Shown one piece after another: positions 57,504 to 61,421 of a DNA stretch of 61,421 nt. A model generated the notes under the pieces. That model saw only the letters and a program-made list of their open reading frames with translations, was not told the origin of the DNA and searched no databases. Location: NCBI GenBank assembly GCA_043797125.1, contig JAZDPX010000049.1, positions 1 through 61,421 on the forward strand, read 5' to 3'. Position 1 is the stretch's first letter. Each line of letters begins with the position of its first letter. This DNA is from Candidatus Omnitrophota bacterium (GTDB taxonomy: Bacteria > Omnitrophota > Gorgyraeia > JABMRG01 > JAFGKX01). The position numbers were made by a program, and so were the translations under genes.

Positions 57504-58427
57504 AAATCAAATATGAATAAACTAAAAAAAGGTATATTTTCGGATAAAGAGAAATTAGGCCAGCTTATCGCGTGCGCGGGATTTACCTCGACAAAAATAG
57601 CTAACGCAATTGGGGTAACTTACAAGACTGTGTACCGCTGGCTGCATAAAAAGGTGAAACCACACCATGGACAATCACAGCGCATCGATGAATTGTACAA
57701 AGAATACGTGGATATAACGCCAATGGTATATGCAACAAAGAAGGAATTCACCAGAGGCCCTTTAGAAATTCTGAAAAACAACCAAAAAATACGTAATAAA
57801 TTTTTTCTTGAAATGACTTATCATTCAAATGCCATTGCAGGAAGTAAAATGACCATAAAAGAGACCCAAAAGGCAATAAAGGGCGAGAAGGTAAGAGGTA
57901 AGAGTCTGTTTGAGCAGCTTGAGGCTATTAATCACAACAATGCCTTAGGTTTTATGCTCGAATGCCTAAAGCCGGGTTTTAAAATAACAGAAGATTATAT
58001 ATTAAAATTGCATAGCATTGTTATGTATAATTTTAATGATAAGTTACCAGGCAAATACAGGACTGGGCCTGTTAACCTGGTAAACGCAGAAAAGCCTCTG
58101 CCAAGTGTCAAAGAAGTGCCGCCAAAGATGAAGAAGCTAATAAGCACCATAAACAGCCCCAAGCCGGAAATAATCAAAAAGGCCGCAACGGTTCATTATA
58201 ATTTTGAGACTATTCATCCGTTTTTTGATGGAAACGGCAGGGTTGGCAGGCTTATTATGATAACCCAGCTTTTAAGCAGGGGATTTGGCCCTGCGATTAT
58301 AAAGATTGAAGACAGGTATAAATATTTCACTGCTTTGGGAAAGGGTGATATGGGAGATTTTCAGAATTTGGTTCAGCTTACATGCGAAGCTGTACTAAAC
58401 GGGTATGAAATGATGGCTACAGCATAG
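57495..58427 (+). CDS. HTH + Fic-domain protein
   Basis: IANAIGVTYKTVYRW HTH and HPFFDGNGRVGR Fic motif. Alternative start at 57513. Confidence 0.9.
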   Translation: MSYKSNMNKLKKGIFSDKEKLGQLIACAGFTSTKIANAIGVTYKTVYRWLHKKVKPHHGQSQRIDELYKEYVDITPMVYATKKEFTRGPLEILKNNQKIRNKFFLEMTYHSNAIAGSKMTIKETQKAIKGEKVRGKSLFEQLEAINHNNALGFMLECLKPGFKITEDYILKLHSIVMYNFNDKLPGKYRTGPVNLVNAEKPLPSVKEVPPKMKKLISTINSPKPEIIKKAATVHYNFETIHPFFDGNGRVGRLIMITQLLSRGFGPAIIKIEDRYKYFTALGKGDMGDFQNLVQLTCEAVLNGYEMMATA

Positions 58428-58497
58428 TAGCGCAGGCTTAAGCCTGCGCTACTATGCTTTCAGTAGGCAAACCGGGGCAGGCTTAAGCCTGCCCTAC
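58421..58497. repeat. Two GTAG-type REP-like palindromes
   Basis: Perfect 38-bp palindrome at 58421-58458 and GGGCAGGCTTAAGCCTGCCC at 58475-58494. Confidence 0.88.
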
Positions 58498-58509
58498 CAT
58501 CGTGGATAA

Positions 58510-59475
58510 TTAAATATTATTAATTAAATTCACAAGCTCCTTATAAGATCTCGTAGCGCATATAGCAGAGCGCACCTTGCCTGCATCCGGAACGCCCTTT
58601 AAATACCACATGGCTATTTTAAGCATAAGCCCAACCCTGCCCATGGTTTTGCTTCCTTTGTGTGTTTCCAATAACTTCAGGTGTTTTTTCAGCACTTTTT
58701 TTTTGGCAGAAATAGTCGGCTCAGGCAAAATTTTTCCATTTTTTAAATAGGCATCAATCCCTTTGAATATCCAAGGATAGCCAAGTGCGCCCCTTGCAAC
58801 TAAAATACCATCACATCCTGTTTCATCAAACATCTTTTTAGCCAGTTGCGGATTAAGTACATTGCCGCTTCCAAAAACAGGTATTTTTAAGGCGGTTTTT
58901 ATTTCCCTTATAGACTCATAATCAACCTCGCCTGCATAGCCTTGCGCCCTGGTCCTTCCATGCACAAAAACAGCCGAAGCGCCGCTTTCCTGGCAGGTTT
59001 TGGCTAAAATTAGGGCTTCCGGAAGGCTTTTTTTGCCATATCCTATCCTAATTTTAACTGTAACCGGAACAGGCAGGAAAGAGGAGAGTCTCAGTAAGAT
59101 CCTTCCTAATTTTTTAGGCTCTTGCAGCAAATATGCGCCTGCGCCTTTGGATGTAACCTTTTTTGCAGGGCAGGCGCTGTTGATATCCAAAAAAGTAACA
59201 TCAACAAGGCCTAGTAGTTTTTGAGCAGCATCAGATAACATTTCAGGATCAGAGCCTAATAATTGCGCGGCTATTGGCGAGTCAGTTTTGTCGGTTTTTA
59301 GCATGTACAAAGTTCTGGGATGCTGATATAAAAGCGCCTTTGCTTCAACCATTTCAAAAAAACAGAATTTAGCGCCATGCTCGCGCGCTATAAGCCTGAA
59401 TGAGTAATCCGTGCACCCTGACATCGGCGCCAGGAATATGTTGGTCTTTATAGTACTTGAGCCGATTTTTATCAT
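58510..59475 (-). CDS. dusB: tRNA-dihydrouridine synthase B
   Basis: LAPMSG.TD..FR, QL.GS, DINSACP, VTVKIR.G, VHGRT, G.DG..VARG. Confidence 0.9.
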   Translation of the reverse strand: MIKIGSSTIKTNIFLAPMSGCTDYSFRLIAREHGAKFCFFEMVEAKALLYQHPRTLYMLKTDKTDSPIAAQLLGSDPEMLSDAAQKLLGLVDVTFLDINSACPAKKVTSKGAGAYLLQEPKKLGRILLRLSSFLPVPVTVKIRIGYGKKSLPEALILAKTCQESGASAVFVHGRTRAQGYAGEVDYESIREIKTALKIPVFGSGNVLNPQLAKKMFDETGCDGILVARGALGYPWIFKGIDAYLKNGKILPEPTISAKKKVLKKHLKLLETHKGSKTMGRVGLMLKIAMWYLKGVPDAGKVRSAICATRSYKELVNLINNI

Positions 59476-59583
59476 GGGCTACATTATATACTTGCCTGGC
59501 ATTATATGTCAATGTACTAATTTTTCTTGTAAATCCAATAATTCTATGGTATTATATTAAAAATTGAATTATACGAAAAGAGC

Positions 59584-59705
59584 GACCTCATGTTTGCGTA
59601 CCAAACGCATGCGTGAGGTCTTATAGTTTTAGGCTAAATTAACACTTTTAATTAATGGGGTTATAAAGATAGTCAATAGTCTATAGTCAATGGTCTATGG
59701 TCAAT
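59584..59705 (+). promoter_or_regulatory. Leader of the third LRP-motif gene: hairpin, conserved 48-nt block, heptamer tract
   Basis: Hairpin GACCTCA..TGAGGTC at 59584-59620. Conserved block at 59621-59668. ATAGTCA/ATGGTCT repeats at 59669-59705. Confidence 0.65.
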
Positions 59706-59714
59706 AAAAAATAT

Positions 59715-61421
59715 ATGAGAAAAATAATAGCAATAACGATAACGATTGTTCTGACAATGACACAGCAGGGGCTATGTCTTAGGCCGCCATCTTTTTTGGA
59801 TTCAGATAAAATTATAAAAGAATTAGATAGCAGTAATAGAATTTCTATTAGGTCTATTCTTAAGCAATTCGCTTATAATCCACCCATAACCATGCCGGAT
59901 TCAATGAAGAAAGATTATTATAGTCCTGAAATTGCAAGGTTGTTGGTATTGATTTTGTTTAATGTCCTGGAAAAATATACTTACCAGTTGCCATTAGATA
60001 TATTTGGAAAACCAAAGGTATTGAAGCAAATAAAATCTATACTTGATGAAAGTGTTATTCCGTTGATACCTAAATCTAAATATGGGTTAGATGATCCGAT
60101 TGTTTCGTTTGTAGATATATTGCAGGGAAAAGGTAAGGTATTAATAGGCGATAGGGCGCTTACTTTACCAGAAATTTCAGGATCCTATGACCTAAATGCA
60201 TATGAAAGAAATGCCATAATAAATTCCATTGATTTTACAACAGTTATAATGGCGCATAATATATTCAGGCTGGAAAATATTATTGACGCAGCAGACGTGT
60301 GCGGGGCGCTGACATTTGAGGCCTTGCAAGGTAAAGCAGTTGAACTGGATATGGCCTTGCACGATAAAGCTAGGCCCCATGCAGGGCAGGTTATAACAGC
60401 TTCAAATATGCGTATTTTGACAAAAGGCAGTACCCTGGTGCAAAATCCGGAGGATATCAGCAATATTGTTCAGGATGCTTATTCTTTAAGGGGAATACCC
60501 CAGATTCACGGCGCTACAAGAGATGCCATTATTTACGCGACAAATTTATTGGACGAGGCCCTTAATTCGCCTCCACGAAAAATATTAAGCAAAAAAGCAA
60601 TAAGCCAGGCGCTATCAGCGGACTTACTCCGCGTTGCCGTAAGTGAACTAGCAGATGTGTCGGAGAGGCGTATTAACCGCTTGATTAATCCCGTATTAAA
60701 TTCTGGATTAACATCTTTTTTGATAGATAAGAAAGCGGCTCTAGCCGGCCTTAACTCAAGCTTTATGATCCCTCAGTATGCAGCTGCTTCGATTGTCAAT
60801 ATGCTTAAAACCCTTGCTCATCCAACAGGTTTATTAACGCAACCCGCAGAATGTTTGAGTTGTCAGCAACTAAGCGATTCCATAGATCTTGTCGGGGATG
60901 TTTTAGCAATAGAGCTAATGAATGCAGCGCAGGCCGTGGATCTTAGGCTGGATATAATTAAGGCAGGTTTGGGGCAAGGAAGCAAAAAAGCTTATGATCT
61001 GGTAAGAAGCGAAGTTAAGCATTTAGAAGAAGACAGGATACTGCATGATGATGTATTAAAAATAAAAAATCAAATTGAAAACGGAGAATATAGCGAAGTA
61101 TTAAGAATCTTACAAAAACGGGAGCAAGAGACCACGCCTTATCCTTATAGAACGCAGTTACAAAGTAGCAGTGCGCCTCGCCAAATTGTTTCATTAAATG
61201 GCTCTGCAGTTTTATTAGAGGACATAAGGGATGTGGCGGAAAGAAATGCTTCTGTATCAATACCAAAAGAAGCTTACGTTAAAATTAACGAATCGCGCAG
61301 AGTTGTCGAAAAGATTATCGAAGCAAAGAAAGCCGTATACGGAATAACAACCGGGTTTGGTCCTTACGCTAATATATTTGTCTCGCCAGGAGCCGCGGAA
61401 CAATTGCAGGTAAATCTTATT
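59715..61421 (+). CDS. Signal peptide + LRP motif protein with tandem histidine ammonia-lyase-like domains; 3'-truncated by the window edge, not in the ORF track
   Basis: Manually translated open frame of 569 codons: MRKIIAITITIVLTMTQQGLC|LRP...RPHAGQ...VQDAYSLR..PQIHGA...SERRI.RL.NP...MIPQY.AAS...DR...then a new HAL N-terminus VYGITTGFG at 61335. Confidence 0.85.
   Translation, partial: MRKIIAITITIVLTMTQQGLCLRPPSFLDSDKIIKELDSSNRISIRSILKQFAYNPPITMPDSMKKDYYSPEIARLLVLILFNVLEKYTYQLPLDIFGKPKVLKQIKSILDESVIPLIPKSKYGLDDPIVSFVDILQGKGKVLIGDRALTLPEISGSYDLNAYERNAIINSIDFTTVIMAHNIFRLENIIDAADVCGALTFEALQGKAVELDMALHDKARPHAGQVITASNMRILTKGSTLVQNPEDISNIVQDAYSLRGIPQIHGATRDAIIYATNLLDEALNSPPRKILSKKAISQALSADLLRVAVSELADVSERRINRLINPVLNSGLTSFLIDKKAALAGLNSSFMIPQYAAASIVNMLKTLAHPTGLLTQPAECLSCQQLSDSIDLVGDVLAIELMNAAQAVDLRLDIIKAGLGQGSKKAYDLVRSEVKHLEEDRILHDDVLKIKNQIENGEYSEVLRILQKREQETTPYPYRTQLQSSSAPRQIVSLNGSAVLLEDIRDVAERNASVSIPKEAYVKINESRRVVEKIIEAKKAVYGITTGFGPYANIFVSPGAAEQLQVNLI

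Noticed and set aside
60185-61266. Minus-strand ORFs 60185-60463, 60192-60380 and 61015-61266
   Set aside because: They are shadows of the long plus-strand HAL-like ORF starting at 59715.

Overview
A 61-kb, moderately AT-rich bacterial chromosomal window from a diderm. The gene mix suggests the PVC superphylum, possibly Candidatus Omnitrophota; this is inference only. The window opens with the 3' part of a tyrosine integrase whose stop codon lies inside the 5' end of tRNA-Arg(CCT). Next come a GIY-YIG nuclease, a large orphan secreted protein and an MNT-HEPN toxin-antitoxin pair. Most of the rest is housekeeping or envelope genes: porins, PilZ/MshEN proteins, comM/yraN, a UvrD-nuclease fusion, era, pgi, dtd, nth, gcvTHPAPB-lplA, dinB and dusB. 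The main candidate for an undescribed system is a set of three dispersed, solitary genes (1461, 42524, 59715). Their products share a Sec-type signal peptide followed immediately by Leu-Arg-Pro. The two complete ones end in A-(F/I)-x-A-(S/A)-A. The cargos are unrelated: an orphan region, an inositol monophosphatase-family domain, and tandem histidine ammonia-lyase-like domains of which the first lacks MIO. Two of these genes also share a 48-nt leader (38/48 identical). The intergenic DNA holds several families of tiny palindromic elements. One 20-bp family repeatedly sits inside Shine-Dalgarno AG^GAG sequences and rebuilds them. There is also a ~230-bp rod-like MITE-like element with co-varying ends, and several 7/8-mer repeat tracts. 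A Fic protein lacks its autoinhibitory glutamate. No CRISPR array or rRNA was seen.
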